Positions 38,909 through 52,899 of a stretch of 64,000 bases of DNA are shown one piece after another. This DNA is from the human T2T-CHM13v2.0 reference genome, Homo sapiens. The translations under genes were made by a program, and so were the position numbers. Below the pieces are notes generated by a model. That model was not told where the DNA came from and made no database searches. It worked only from the letters and a program-made list of their open reading frames with translations. The stretch is taken from NCBI RefSeq assembly GCF_009914755.1, contig NC_060926.1; one strand, 5' to 3'. Positions within the stretch are counted from its first letter, which is position 1. Every line of letters begins with the position of its first letter.

Positions 38909-41017
38909 AGATCAATAATGTAGCAGCCAGGGAAAGAATTAAGGGCACGCAGAAGAAAGCTATAACACTGAAGAAACACTTGTGAAGGTCATAGGTCTGA
39001 GAAAGATGCCAACTAAAAGTTTGAAGATTTAATTATAGCATTATAAAAGCTCTCCTCACCCGCACTTTACCACCATGTAACACAGCTCAACTATAATAAA
39101 AACAAATTGCTGCTGAAAGAGCTTCTCTGAGGAGAAGTATTTGAGAAAGCCCAAACTTAAAAGAGGAAACAAAAACAATGACACTAAAAAAATTTGGAAC
39201 CTTATATATATGTAACTACAACACTGTATAAATGCAACCTAACATCTAGCCAAAGTAACAAATATCCTCACAATAAATGCAAGTTTACTTCCCTGTAATC
39301 CAAAGAGTATGTTCAGGTTTCAACAAGAAAATTAAAAGTCATGCCACAAAAGAAAAGAAAACACAATATGATGAGACAAAGCAATCATGGTTAAGAAATT
39401 TGCAAAATTAATGACAAGCCCCAAACTATATATTCAGAAAGTTCAGAGAACACCAAAATTATAAATACCAAAAAATAGTCAAACCAACAAAACAACCTAA
39501 GTATATCATATTCCAACTACAATCAATCAAAGTCAGGGAGAAATTCTTTAAAGAATCCAGAAGGAATAAACACTTTAACTACAGTAAAACAAGGACAAGA
39601 ACTAGAGTGAATTTTTATTTGAAACCATGCAAGCAAGAAGAGACTAGCCTGAAGTATCTCAAGAGTTAGAAAACAAATCAACTAAAATTCTATATTCAGC
39701 AACATTTTTCTTCAAAAGTGAAGTAAATTATATATTCTTAGACAAACAAAAACAACTCTAACTCTGGCATACCTTTCCTGGAAGAAATTTTAAAAGAATT
39801 TCTTCAGGCCAAAGAAAAACGGTATATGTCAGAAATCCGTATCTATGGAAAGGAAGGAAGAACATTGAAAAAGTAATAAGGAAGTAAAATAAAGTCTTAT
39901 TTTCAATTTTCTTAACAGATTTAAAAGACAACTTCTTGTTCAAAGTAATAACAATAGCATTGTATTTTGTGTTTATAGTCACGTGGATAAGTGAAATCAA
40001 TGAGTGCAATGTTATAACAACACTTGGGATGAATTTGAGATAGTTGGATTAATATCTACCATGTTTGTAACTGCTTTCTATTCATTCCATATGCTCCTTG
40101 TTTCTTCCTCCTAAATTTTTTTCTCACTTTCCCTGGTTTTAGTAAGCACTTTATATGATTCCAATTTATCTACTCTCTCAGATTATCAATTATATATTTT
40201 TTAAAAAAACAAGTGTTTGTGCTACAACTTACAATATATACTACTTACTTATCCTGGTCTGCCTTACAATAATTCTATACAGCTTAACATGTAGTGTAGG
40301 CATCAGAATATTTCAAATTTATCACTTATAGAACACTTTTTTCAGCAACAGCAGAACATCTACTCTTTTCAGGTTCACATGGAACAATTGCATAGACCAT
40401 ATTCTGGGCCATGGGCATATCTTTAAAAATTTAAGAGACAATAAATCATATAAAATATGTTCTTAGAACTCATTGGAATTAAAAAAGAAATGAATAACAG
40501 AAAGGTAGCTGGAAAATCATCAAATATTTGGAAATTTAAAAATACAGTTCTGAATAACCCATAAGTCAAATAAGAAATTTTAAGAAAGGTAAAAATTATC
40601 TTGAACTCAATGAATGAAAATTCAACTTATCAAAATCTGTGGGATTCAGTGAAAACAGTATTCAGAGGGAAATATATATATAATGTATATATTAATTAAG
40701 AAGATAATAAGAAAAATCCTAAATCAATAACTTAAGCTATAACTTTAAGAAATAAGAGAAAAAAAGGACAAATTAAGCCAAAAGCAATCAAAATGGAGGA
40801 AATAAAAATTAGAGCAGAAATCAATGAAATTGAAATTAAGAAAACAGTAAAGAACATCAACAAAATCTAGTTCACTGCAAAGATAAAACAATTAATAAAA
40901 CTCTAGCTGATAGTGAATAAAAGAGAGAAAACACAATAATCAAAAGTAGAAATGAAAGATGAGCCATCCACACTGATCTCATGGATAGTAAAAACATAAA
41001 ATGGATAAGAAAATACT

Positions 41018-41296
41018 GGCCAGGCACGGTGGCTCATGCCTGTAATCCCAGCACTTTGAGAGGCTGATCGTTTGAGCCCAGGAGTTCAAGACTACCCTGG
41101 GCAACACAGGGGGATCTCATCTCTACAAAAAATACAAAAATTAGCCTGACATGGTGACCTGTGCCTGTAGTCCTAGTTAGTCAGAAGGCTGAGGTGGGAG
41201 GATCGATTGAGTCTGGGGGGTTGAGGCTGTGGTGAGCCAACAGCGCACTCAAGCCTGGTTGACAGAGCAAGACCCTGTCTCAAACAAAGAAAAGAC
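41018..41296 (+). mobile_element. AluJ with small internal deletions
   Basis: GGCCAGGCACGGTGGCTC...GCAAGACCCTGTCTC; TSD AAGAAAATACT/AAGACAAGACT. Confidence 0.9.
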
Positions 41297-42370
41297 AAGA
41301 CAAGACTATGAACATTTCTATACCCACATATTTGATAACTTAGTGGAACTTAAATGAAATGAACCAATTTATTGAAACACACAAAATACCAAAATTCACA
41401 CAAAGAGAAATTGATAACCCGATTAGGCTAATATTTACACTACAAATAAGTGATTTAAAAACTAAAGAAAAAAAATCCATCAGGCCCAGGTGGTTTTGCT
41501 CTTGAACTGTACCCACCATTTAAGGAAAAAAAAAAAGACACTGTTTTTCACAATTTGTCCCATACAATAGAACCAGTGGGTATACTTCCTAACTCATACT
41601 TTAAGCTCAGCATTACCCTAACACTAAAATCAAGACAAAGACTTTACAAGAAAAAATAAAATAAAATTATAGACCAATAACTACCATGAATATAGATGCA
41701 AAATTATCTGCTATAATTTTTGTATATTGAGTCCAACAATGCATACAAATTTACATCACAACCAAGAAAGATTTATTTAGGTATGTAAGGCTAGTTCAGT
41801 TTTCAGAAATTAATGTTCTTTGTCTATTGACAGGCTAAAGAAGAAAAGTTAAAGTTATATGATTATATTAACTGACATGAGAAAACCATTCAATACAATC
41901 TCATATCCATTCATGAAAAATCATTTAGCAACCTAGGAATAGAGGAGCAGTTTCTCAACTTTATCAAGAACAACAATCTCTACAAGTAATATATTTAATG
42001 GTGAGAGACTGGATGCTTTCCTTCTAAGATTGGAAACTAGGGAAAGATATCCTCTCTGACAATTGTTATTCAATATCATACTGGAAGCCCCAGGCTAACT
42101 TAAAAAAATTAGAGATTTGAAAGAAACAAAACTATCATTATTTGACAATGATAACATTGTCTATATAGATAGTTTCAAAGAATCTACATAAATACTTCTT
42201 GAATTAATAAGTGAGTATAACATAAAAGAAGGCTATACAAAACTAGACTGCTTTCCTATATACAAGCATTGAACAATTATATGATTAAATTACATATCAT
42301 TTACAATAGCACCAAAATAAGGTGTCTAGGTACAAATATATCAACATATGTGCAAAAATCTGTTTTTAGA

Positions 42371-42732
42371 TGAATTAGTCCATTTTCATACTGCTATGAA
42401 GAAATACCCAACACTGGATAATTTATAAAGGAAAAAGGGCTTAATGAACTCAGTTTCACATGGCTGGAGAGGCCTCACAATCATGGCAGAAGGCAAAGGA
42501 GGAGCAAAGTCACATATTACATGGTGGCAGACAAGAGAGCGTGTACAGAGGAACTGCCCTTTATGAAACCATCAGATCTCATGAGATTTATTCACTATCA
42601 TGAGAACAGCATGGGAAAAACCTGCCCCCATGATTCAATTACCTCTCACCGGGTCCCTCCCAGGACACATTGGGATTGCAGAAGTTACAATTCAATATGA
42701 GATTTGGGTAGAGACACAGCCAAACCATATCA
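42371..42732 (-). mobile_element. THE1 (B/C-like) solo LTR
   Basis: TGAATTAGTCC...AAACCATATCA; perfect TSD TTAGA. Confidence 0.93.
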
Positions 42733-45524
42733 TTAGAAAACTATAGAACACTGATGAAAGAAATCGCAGAAGATCTATATAAATGAGGACAATTCCTTGT
42801 ACATAAACTGGAAGACTCAATATTAAGATGTTGATTCTTCCCAGATTGACCTATAGAATGTATGTAATCCTAATCAAACTTCCTGAAAGATATTTTGTAG
42901 ATATCAACAAATTGATTCTTAAATTAATATGGAAAGGCAAATGAACTGGAATAACAACCACAATTTTGAAAAAGAAGAACAAAGTTGGCAACTTACACCT
43001 CAACTTCAAGGCATACTATTAAGCTATGATAATCAAGACACAGTGGTAATAGTGAAACAATAGACCTTTAAATCAAAGGAACCCAACAAATTGACCCAAA
43101 GAGATTCAAATAACTGGCAAAGATGCAAAGGCAATTCAATGGAGAAAAGATGGTCTCTTAATCAAATGGTGCTGGAACTATTGGAATCCACATGCATAAA
43201 TAAAAATTTAAAAAGTAAACGAACTTAGACATAGCCCTTGCATATCGCACAAACATTAACTGGAAATAGATCACAGATGTAAATGTTAAAACTATACTTT
43301 TTTTTAGAAGAAAACATAACAAAGTGTAGTTGACTTTCAGTTTGGTGATGGATTTTTAGATACAACACAAAATTGTATAACACAAAATTTTGTAACCATT
43401 TATAAAATAAAAATGGATAGTTTGGACTTTATTAAATTTTAAAATTCACATTTGTGAAAGAAACTGTTGTGAGAAGAAGATAAGCCACAGTCTATGAGAA
43501 AATGGTGACAAAATATATTTCTGAAAAAAGACTTGTACATGAATATGTAAATAATCTTTAATGTCAACAATAAGAAGCCACATAACCCAACCAAATATCT
43601 GGATAGACGCTTTACCAAAGAAGATATACAGAGGACAAACAAGGACACACAAAAAAATGCTCAATATAATTTGTCATTAGAGAAATGCAAATTAAAACAA
43701 CAATGAAATGCTGAGAAATACTTATTGGGATGGTTTAACCCTGAAACTTGATAATAATTATGACTGGCAAGGATGCAGAGTAACAGGAACTCTCATTTAT
43801 TCTGGGTAGAATGCAAACAGTACAGTCACTTTGGAAGACAGTTTGGCAGTTTGCTACATAGTAAAACACAGTCTTACCACATAATCCAGCAATTGTGTTC
43901 CTAGGTATTTACCAAGTTAATTAAAAAACTTATGCCCATATAAAATCTTGCATACAAAAGTTTATAGCAGTTTTATTCAAGATGTTTTTCAATATGTTGT
44001 TCAAGATGTTATTCAGTAAACTGTGATACATCTATACAATGGAATACTATTCAACAATAAAAAGAGGTGAGCCACTAAGCTATGCAAAATTATAGATGCA
44101 TATTAAAAGTATATTTATAAACTGAAGAAGTCATTTTGAACACTGGATTCTGCAGGATTCCACTTTTATGACATTCTGGAAAAGGTAAAATTATACAAAC
44201 AGAGAAAATAACAGTGATTGCCAAGGACTTGGGTAGAAGAAAGCGTTGAATAAATAGAGCATAGCGGACTTTTTAGATCAGTAAAACTGTTTTGTATGCC
44301 ATTATGTTGGGTACATGACACTATGTATTTGTTAAAGCGCATAAGACTACACAGTGAAAAAATTAACCTTAATATATACATATTTAAATTTTCATTTAGC
44401 AGGTTGGGGGATCCCAAATGGAAGGCAGACTGTGACAAAAGCATGGGACTATATTATAAATGCTGTAAATAATCTCTCTGAAGGGGTTGGGGGTAAGAGT
44501 TCTAAGTGACACTGAAAATGAATGGAGACTATAGAACAAAGAGTAAAGGGACATAAATATTGCACTTTGTTTGATAAAGTTATTTCCCATGGGGATATAT
44601 CAGTAAACAATTCTGAAACCACTGTGCACATATGCAGGAACTGAACAATTAGCTTAAAAAATGGCACATGGTAGGAGTTAGGTTTCTCATGCTGGAGTGG
44701 AGGGTTACAGATGAGCAAAAGAAAGAAACTAGTATAATGCATGTGGTAATGCATTAAGTGTTGGAAACATCAATATAAACATGTTTAACTTAATATAAAT
44801 ATAGATATATCAATATAGAAATATATATTCTATAAATATACAGTTATAGAATGTAAATACACAAAGAATATATATAGAAAAAATACATATGTGTAAGTAA
44901 ATGAGCTAGTATACACATATGTATTTCCTTGCTCTTTCAGCTAAAGGTGTCTGGAAGCAATTATGATCCAGTAGCAATGAGCACAACTTCTGACCATATC
45001 TTGGTTTCTAATACCATTCTTCAACAAAAAAGAACCAAGGACCCCTTGAGAAATTATTTATTCTAGATCTGGATTAGAGAGTACACAAAATGAGCCTGGA
45101 GCATGTTGCAGTGCCAGAAAAAGTGATGAAGTGCTTTCAAAAAATACACATACACACACATGTGCATGCACGCAAATGCACATATGATATATGATGGGCT
45201 ATGTCAAAGGGATACAGGAGCCAAGTAAAAGAGCTTCCAGTGGCCAAAGCTAGAATAATTTTAGCAATAAGATAAATAATGTAGTATTGGATTAAAACCA
45301 AAGTAAAAAGTAAATAGCCATGAGTCTAGACTTTTACAAAAAATATTGAATAAACAAATTCATGGAGGAGTGTGAACAAACCTCCTACTCAGAATCATTA
45401 TAAATAATTGATGTAAGTACTATGCTCTCAAGAAGGGCCCACACTAAACGCCCCACTTCTTAAGTGCAGACTGCACATAGTCATGTCCTTTTAAAGAGTA
45501 CGATACAGAAAGAGGATAAAGAAG

Positions 45525-45884
45525 TGCTGTGATTTGAATGTGTCCCCCAAAGTTCATGTGTTGGAAACTTAATTTCCAATTTGACAGTACTAAGAGGTGA
45601 GACTTTAGGAGGTGATTAGGCCATGAAGGTTCTTCCCTCCTGAATGGATTAATACCATTATTGCAGAAATGGGTTTCTCTTTTGGCTTTCTTCCTCCCCC
45701 ACCTTTCTCTCACTCTCTTTTGTCTTTCTGTCATGAGATGATGCAACAAGTGGCACTTGCTAGGTGCTGGCCTCTCCATCTTGGACTTCCCAGCCTCCAG
45801 AACTATAAGCTGATACATTTATATTTATTGTAAATTAGCCAGTCTTCTGTATTTTGTTACAGCAGCACAAAATGAACTAAGACA
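45525..45884 (+). mobile_element. MST (B1/C/D-like) MaLR solo LTR
   Basis: TGCTGTGATTTGAATGTGTCCCCCAAAGTTCATG...GAACTAAGACA. Confidence 0.85.
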
Positions 45885-46480
45885 CAAAGTAACTTTACAG
45901 TGGAGAAAACTGACAAACTCTCACTCAGTCAACGATCAAGATGAACTCACCATCAATAAATCAAGCTGATAATATGTAATAGCACTTATTTCTCAAAACA
46001 ATGCAGCCTAATCATGAGAACAACAGCAGACAAATCCCAATTGGGAACATTACGCAAGGTATCTGACCTATACTCCTCAATACTATCATCGTCAGAAACA
46101 GGGAAAGTCCTAGGAACTGTCACAGTGGAGGAAAGCCTAAGGAAGCATGAAAACTAAATTTAATCCAGTATTGCAGATGGGTTTCTGTAACAGAGAAATG
46201 ACATAGGGTAATAAATAAATAAATTAAATAAATAAATAAAACAGGAAGAACAGATTACATATGGACTTTAGTTAATAATAACCTATTATGATTGGTTTAT
46301 TACTTGTGAAAATATACTACTTTAAGATGTTAAAAAAAAGGAAAACAAGGTGTGAGATAGCTGGTAACTCTGTACTTTCTTCACAAGATTTCTATAAATC
46401 TAAAACCAGTTTTTAATGTTTTATTTAAAAAAAAACTTCCAAAAACTTAAATATATGAGTCTTTGAAAAATGCTGATGTG

Positions 46481-46700
46481 ACAGTAGTCAAAATAATGTA
46501 ATTGTACATTTAAAAATAACTAAAAGTGTATAACTGGATTGCTCGTAACACAAGAATAAATGCTTGAGGGGATGGATACCCAATATTCCATGATGTGATT
46601 ATTATGCATCACATGCCTGTATCAAAATATCTCATGTACCCCATAAATACATACATCTACTATGTACCCACAAAAACTAAAAATGAAATATATTTTAAAA
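46481..46700 (+). mobile_element. L1MA (2/3-like) 3' end
   Basis: ATAAATGCTTGAGGGGATGGATACCC...CTATGTACCCACAAAAA; TSD TGCTGATGTG (46471-46480, 46703-46712). Confidence 0.88.
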
Positions 46701-47699
46701 TGTGCTGATGTGGACTGTGGGAAGCTGGGATATTATTGGCAGCACAGTTGCTTACAAAGTAATTAAGACTCCCATTTTTTATTTCGCATTGTATATTGAT
46801 GTTTTGTTCATCATTTTCCATCAATATGTCAGTTAGGACTTCCTGTTCTTTCACCATCTCACTTGCTTATACCGACTTTTCTGTCACCTTTCAACTTACA
46901 GTTATAATTGATGAAAAATAAACTGAAATGTTTGAGCCAAGGATTTCTAAGGAGGAAAGGAGAAAGAAATAGCAAATAAATTAAATAAAGGAAATCTGTA
47001 AATGTTAAGATACCTAAGTGGTAATCAGTTTCCTAAGTGGCAATATTTCCCAGGTGGTACAATTTAGAAAAATTAAATTTCCAACAATAGGTAAAGTGTA
47101 CCACTTAGTGTTACAAACATTGTTATACAGGATTTTTTAAATGTTGATATTACCAACCATCTTGGACTAGTACACTGATCGCTGTCTACAGCTCCGTTCT
47201 TAGTATGCATGCTGTGAGATCACTATATGTGTGAAATAATTTTTAATCGGAACAAGCCCTATTTGATATTTTATAAAAAGACTATATTATGTGGGCAGTG
47301 ACCTAGGATAGATTTGCTGCAGTAAAGTGCATTGTGCATCACGATTAGATCCAATTTTTAAACTTTAATAATATATTCCTACATCAGCACTATGATTAAA
47401 GTATCTAAAATGGTAACTATAGTCAGTCTGGTGGTTTTGGTCTTATTAGTGAATTTAAGGCCAAGATAAAAAAAAATAACTCTTGGTTTGAACCTGTAAA
47501 AATAAACTGGTTAAGATTCACCATCTGCAGGAAGAATCCTCATTATGCAATGATGTGTGTATCTGTTGCTAAGGAGATAGGGAACAACTAAGTTCAGTCT
47601 TCATGATGAAAGCACATCATCCAAAGTAAAATAAAACAAAAAGAAGCTGCAAGTTAATCAGCTCAATTGTCATGGCACAGTTTAGAGTTAGGAAGTATA

Positions 47700-47781
47700 T
47701 ATTGGTTTTGACCATATGGTGTTGATGATATTTGATCATTTTTGACCAAAAAATGGAAATGTTACGTGGTTCAACCAAATA
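47700..47781. mobile_element. MADE2-like mariner MITE
   Basis: TATTGGTTTTGACCATATG...GTGGTTCAACCAAATA, ~80-bp imperfect palindrome. Confidence 0.75.
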
Positions 47782-48766
47782 AATTCAATCTTCTAGAGTG
47801 GTGGGGTCACAAGATCAAGAACATTAGTGTTTTTCTAATTTTCTCAGGGAAGCAAATGATCTGGTTTTTGGCTGAATGCAGCAGTTATTTCCCTAGCAAT
47901 ATTCCTGAGTGGAAGAAGACTGTACATTAGGATATCATACGATCTATTAGAACCGGAATTCCAAAAAGTTTCATCTCCTTTGTAGCATGGTGCTCCATGG
48001 TAATATTTGCATATGAATATGTAAATAATCTTTTGGCCTCCTCAGGCAACTTTCCTATCAAAAATGGTTTGGGAAGCTAGACTTCAAGTTTTCAAGCCAG
48101 ATGTGACTCCTATGTTGAAATGCTAACTTAGAATCCTGGATTATTAACTAGTGTCTTGGAATTTGGTTATATGGGTCAATGCCTCTGAGGCAAATCCATG
48201 AAATACATATTGAGCAGCCCTATAGTCAAGCAACTATATTGGGCAATAATAAAAAATTGTGGGCTCGTAACCCCCAAAGGGCTCATAATCCATACCAGGA
48301 AATGGATATATACACAAAGTCTAAAGTGCTATGGGATCTAAAAGAAAAGGTGGGTCCTTCTGAATGTTGGAACTGGAGACAATTTCCCAGAAAAGATGAG
48401 AGTTGTGCTGGGCTTTACACGGAGAGTCAACACATAGAGAATTGGTGATGAAATTGGTAAAGGAGAGAATGTGCATGGCAATATCATATAAAAAAGTATA
48501 TCATGTGTGAGGGAAGAGCATATTTTTGATATGGCGAAGTCTTAAGATCCATGACCAGAGGACAGAAAGGTGGAGTTTTTGATAACTGACCAAGTGCCTT
48601 AAATACCGTGCTTACTATTTCTGTAGATTGATTGACCCTTTCTGCCTGCAAACACCACCCATGAGTAATATTCTTTCATCAGGACTAAGTCTCATTATGG
48701 ACCATGACTATCTCTGTGGGAATAGAAAGTACCCTGGGATGGGAGGGTGAAATTATAACTTGTAAT

Positions 48767-49280
48767 TGTAAGGTTCTTAATGTGTCCATCAAGGTTCAAC
48801 AAACAAAGTCCACCAGGAGCATTGCTGTAGCTAAACAGAGTTAGGTTTACTTATCTGACTGCAACAATGGTGAACACATTCCAAAGGAAAGTTGACAGGA
48901 CTATGGAGTGGGATTAAGGAGGGACCCTTTATAAGTCTTGGATTTATGTCCAGTGACTTTAAGAAGGAATTAGGGAAGACAAAGTCAGTTCTGAATAGGG
49001 CGCTGTGAAGTAACAGAGGCTAGTTTGTGACTGGGTATCTTAATAAATGTGTCGCTGCAGTGGGAAGATCAAAATGGGGCTCGTGTTGTAATGGAAAAAA
49101 AAACCAGCAATTACTCACGTTGGTCAGAAGTGAGGAATGTGTAGTCATGTTGTGATAGTACCATGGCTTTGTCTGTGTCCTGGTTTGAGCATCATTTATG
49201 TTCTGATGGGAATATTGCCAGCAAGGCTTATCCTTACTTTCACTGGTTGCCAGTAAGTCTGATTTAACTTTTTAGTTCAT
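48767..49280 (-). mobile_element. Old ERV LTR, unclassified
   Basis: Starts TG, antisense poly(A)-like signal GTTTACTT, LTR-like composition; family not recognised. Confidence 0.4.
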
Positions 49281-51382
49281 TGCGTCCCCAGTCATCAATC
49301 TCTCCTTTGCTGATTATCTACTGAAAACACATCAAAGTTTATTTGTGTTTGTTTGTTTGTTTGAACAAGACAGGGATACATCTTAATCACCTGAAAATAA
49401 TAACTATGATAACTTTGTAAAAGATGTATTAAAAACAGGAATCTCTGAAGACATGTAAACTAGTTAGAAGACAATTTTTTCAAATCTAGGTAAAAATTAT
49501 GGAAGCCTTAGACACTCAGATTAGAAAGAATGAGAAAAAGTCACGGACACTTCCACAGTAGAATTTATGATTTACCTTGCCAAATGATGTGGGTTATCCG
49601 GGAGGTGTTCTGAAAGAATGTGCCAATAAGCATATTGAATATGCATATGCAATTAAGCAACTCTTTGAAAATATACATCATGCTAATGCTTTTATATATG
49701 CATCATGGTTATTAAACAATAATTGGAAGATGAGCAAAATATAGTCTTTACCTGCCTTTGTGCAGTTCACTGTTAAGAGAGGTATGCAGATATCTCAAAG
49801 ACATCATGAAAATAAGTGACATAAGAATTACATAGAATCACGGACAGTGGGGAATTAGGACCTTCCCTGAGGACGTAAGCTGGAATTTGGGACTAGAAGT
49901 ATCAAGAGAAGAGAGAATAAAGGCTAAGGCTGCATCATGAAATACAAATTCAATCTCTAATGCTACCAAGAAACAACATGAACATACAATATAAAGAACT
50001 AATTATTAAGCAACTAAGAATGCTATTATAGAGTGGATATGTGGTGTTGGAGAAGAAAGTAAGTTTGGGGGAGAGTTTAGAAGGTTGGAAAAACAGGTTA
50101 GGATATCTGTCTATGCTGATGAAATGTGACTATAAATTGTAGGTAACTGAGAGCCACAAACAAGATCAAGGAGTGAGCAACAGTGGTCTATTTCTATCAT
50201 ATACATTAATTTGGGCTTTTTATATTATCAATAATTGAAACTAAATTGGCCATGGTAAAAACTTACAAGAGTCATTTAATTTATAGTCTACCTTATTTAA
50301 TATGTACTCTCCTGTACATATTAAACCTGCTTCTGCTTATAAAGACCTCCATTAGATTACACCATTTAATCTAAAATCCAGTTCCAGTATTAACAATCAT
50401 CATTGCCCGGAGGTTTTGGTTTTTCTTCCAGCAGAAAGGTAGCTGCTTTCTTCTCTGGCTTGCTGGATCCTGCATCCTAGTAACCATGGAGCTGTGATCA
50501 CTGTACCTTGAAGTCACAATCTCTACCACAGCCTCAGGAGCACTGGAGGCAGGCAGTTTAATTTGCCTTCAATAAATTAGGAAAGTATACTTTGTGGATG
50601 CACATCAGAACATTCCGTGCCTTTACAATTTTGCATTCCTTTTTTCTGGACTTTCTGAAAAGCTTCTCTCTAGGCTCTCAGTAAGCAGATTTGCTAATAA
50701 ATAAACTCTCTGCATCTCAGTGTGCTACATGTAGAGTGAGAGAACCACCCGCCAACACCCAGGTATTTTAAAATCCCAACTCAAAGACTAAGAAGTCATG
50801 AAGCCCCCGGTAGTACTCACTATCCAAGAATGGTAACAGATAAGGACATGTTAATAATCAGAACCAGATGTGATGCTCAGCTGATAGGCACCTGGCACTC
50901 ACTTAGGTCGTTAATATTCAGAATATTCCAGCAAAAACTGCTCAAACAGTCTTCTGTAGTTTTACTCTGTGGTGAAGCCATTCTAGAGGCTGAGTATAGA
51001 GTTTTAGTGATGTATTCTGTGGCATTTTAAATACCATCTTGTTTCTTCCCCTTCGTATTATCAGCCCTCCCTCCACACCTTCCTTGGCTACCTCCACTAT
51101 CTGCTGGTTCCTGAAACCACATTTCTATCTTACAAGTTAATCGGGCTGGAATGCTCTCTGACTTCCATTTCTCAAGCTCCCTCAGTCACAACTCCAGGTC
51201 TTCCATCATTTCAGACAACTGATGAAATAATTTGTGAAAGTAATTTGTTTTCTAGTTTTATTGTAGTTTTCTAGTTAACCACTTTAGTTAGTTTTATTAT
51301 TTGTTCATCTGGAAGACTTTCCTATCAAATATTATTTTAATCTGGCAATATCTTTGATTTGTATCACATTTTTAAGCATTTT

Positions 51383-51493
51383 ATGTATACATGTAAATTT
51401 ATATCTAAAAACTTATAGTATATATGTATTCATATGTGTGATACATATGTATATACATGATATATGTGATATATGTATATAAATTATATATAT
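51383..51493. repeat. (TA)/(TATG) low-complexity tract
   Basis: TATATGTATTCATATGTGTGATACATATGTATATAC... Confidence 0.75.
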
Positions 51494-51733
51494 AGTCTAC
51501 ATTTGCTTCCTACTTCATGCAAAATATCTGTTCTTTTAAAATGAAAATTGCTTTAGGATGGGGATTAAATTTCTGCCATACTTGTTTCATGCTCATTATT
51601 TTATGTATTGTTGGTATAGTGAGCAGAACATCAAGAAGGACATAGTATATGAAATAAATGTACACATATATACAGAAAAGCTTATATGTTTTTACCTTTA
51701 AGAATTTAATATTACCTACATATAGTACATATT

Positions 51734-52219
51734 TGTATCAGTCAGGGTTCTCCAAAGAAATAGAACAAATAGGATATACAGATACATAGTTTATCATAAG
51801 GAATTGGGTCACTTAGTTATGGAGACTGAGAAGTCCCAAGATCTGTTGTCAGGAAGCTGGAGACCCAGGAGAGTCTATGGTGTAGCTCTAGTCCAAATGC
51901 CATCAGGCTTGAGACCCAAAAAGAGTGGTTATTTCCATTTGAGTCTGAAGGCATGAAAAAATGCCCCAGTTTGTAGCAGTCAAACAGAAGGAAATTTCCT
52001 CTTACTCATAGAAGGGCCAATCTTTTTGTTCTATCTAGTTCTTCAGTTAATTAAATGGGGCCCACACACACAGGGAGAGAAATTTTCGTTTCACACTCTA
52101 CCAATTCAAATGTTAGTCTTATCCACAATACCCTTACAAACAAACCCAGAATATTGTTTGACCAAATAGCTGGGCACCCTTCGTCCCAGTCAAATTAACA
52201 CATAAAATTAACCACTGCA
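51734..52219 (-). mobile_element. MLT2B (B3-like) ERVL solo LTR
   Basis: TGTATCAGTCAGGGTTCTCC...CATAAAATTAACCACTGCA; TSD ATATT/ACATT. Confidence 0.88.
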
Positions 52220-52429
52220 ACATTCAAGCTATATACCTACCTAAAGGGTACTTGTTTTAGTATCAGATAAAGAATATTCTGTGGTTTTGGAATTTAAAAT
52301 GGGTTGATTGACATCATGTTAAAAAGTATTTTACATATTAAATTTATAACATGCTTCATTTTTAAAGATGTGAACTCACAAACCACACATTTATTGCCTA
52401 TGCTCATTTTTCCTTTTCTATGGATACTT

Positions 52430-52469
52430 TATTTTATTTTATTTATTTTATTTTCTATTATACTTTAAG
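52430..52469 (-). mobile_element. Minimal L1PA insertion: ~14 nt of L1 3' end plus tail
   Basis: (TATTT)n + TATTATACTTTAAG between perfect 15-bp repeats TTTCTATGGATACTT (52415-52429, 52470-52484). Confidence 0.88.
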
Positions 52470-52899
52470 TTTCTATGGATACTTCAAAAAGAATTTAAAA
52501 AGAAGTAAAAAAAGAGCTCCTTTATGTTTCAGTAAGCATATTAGATGTGCATATAGAATTAATATATGTATAATATAGTCAAAAAGAAAGAAAATGTCTA
52601 CTGGGAACAATTAGTTGCAAACAAAAATATTCCATCACTGTCATACATGACCAAGGAAAGGAACAAAACCCTTCTCTATTGGTTGCTCTGGTAAATGTTA
52701 TTTTTAATTTAATTTAAACAAAAGACATATTGGCCAACAAATTAAAAGTCATATCCTTGGAACATTAAAATGCCTCTGCTAGTTTTTGTTGTCAAGTCTG
52801 ATTCCAACAATATTCTTTAATGTTGGTTTCTAAGATTTAATAATTTATTAAAATTTTATTTTGGGGTAATTGTATATTTACATGCAATTGAATGCAATA

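Larger units (their letters stand above)
38555..46440 (+). mobile_element. Ancient L1M (L1MD/MC-like): partial 5' region, ORF1, ORF2, long 3'UTR; internal inversion and deletions
   Basis: A-rich sense L1 (AGAAACCATGCAAGC-like, CTTCCTAACTCAT, GGTGCTGGAAC); long 3'UTR ending ATAAATCTAAAAC...AAAAA. Confidence 0.75.
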
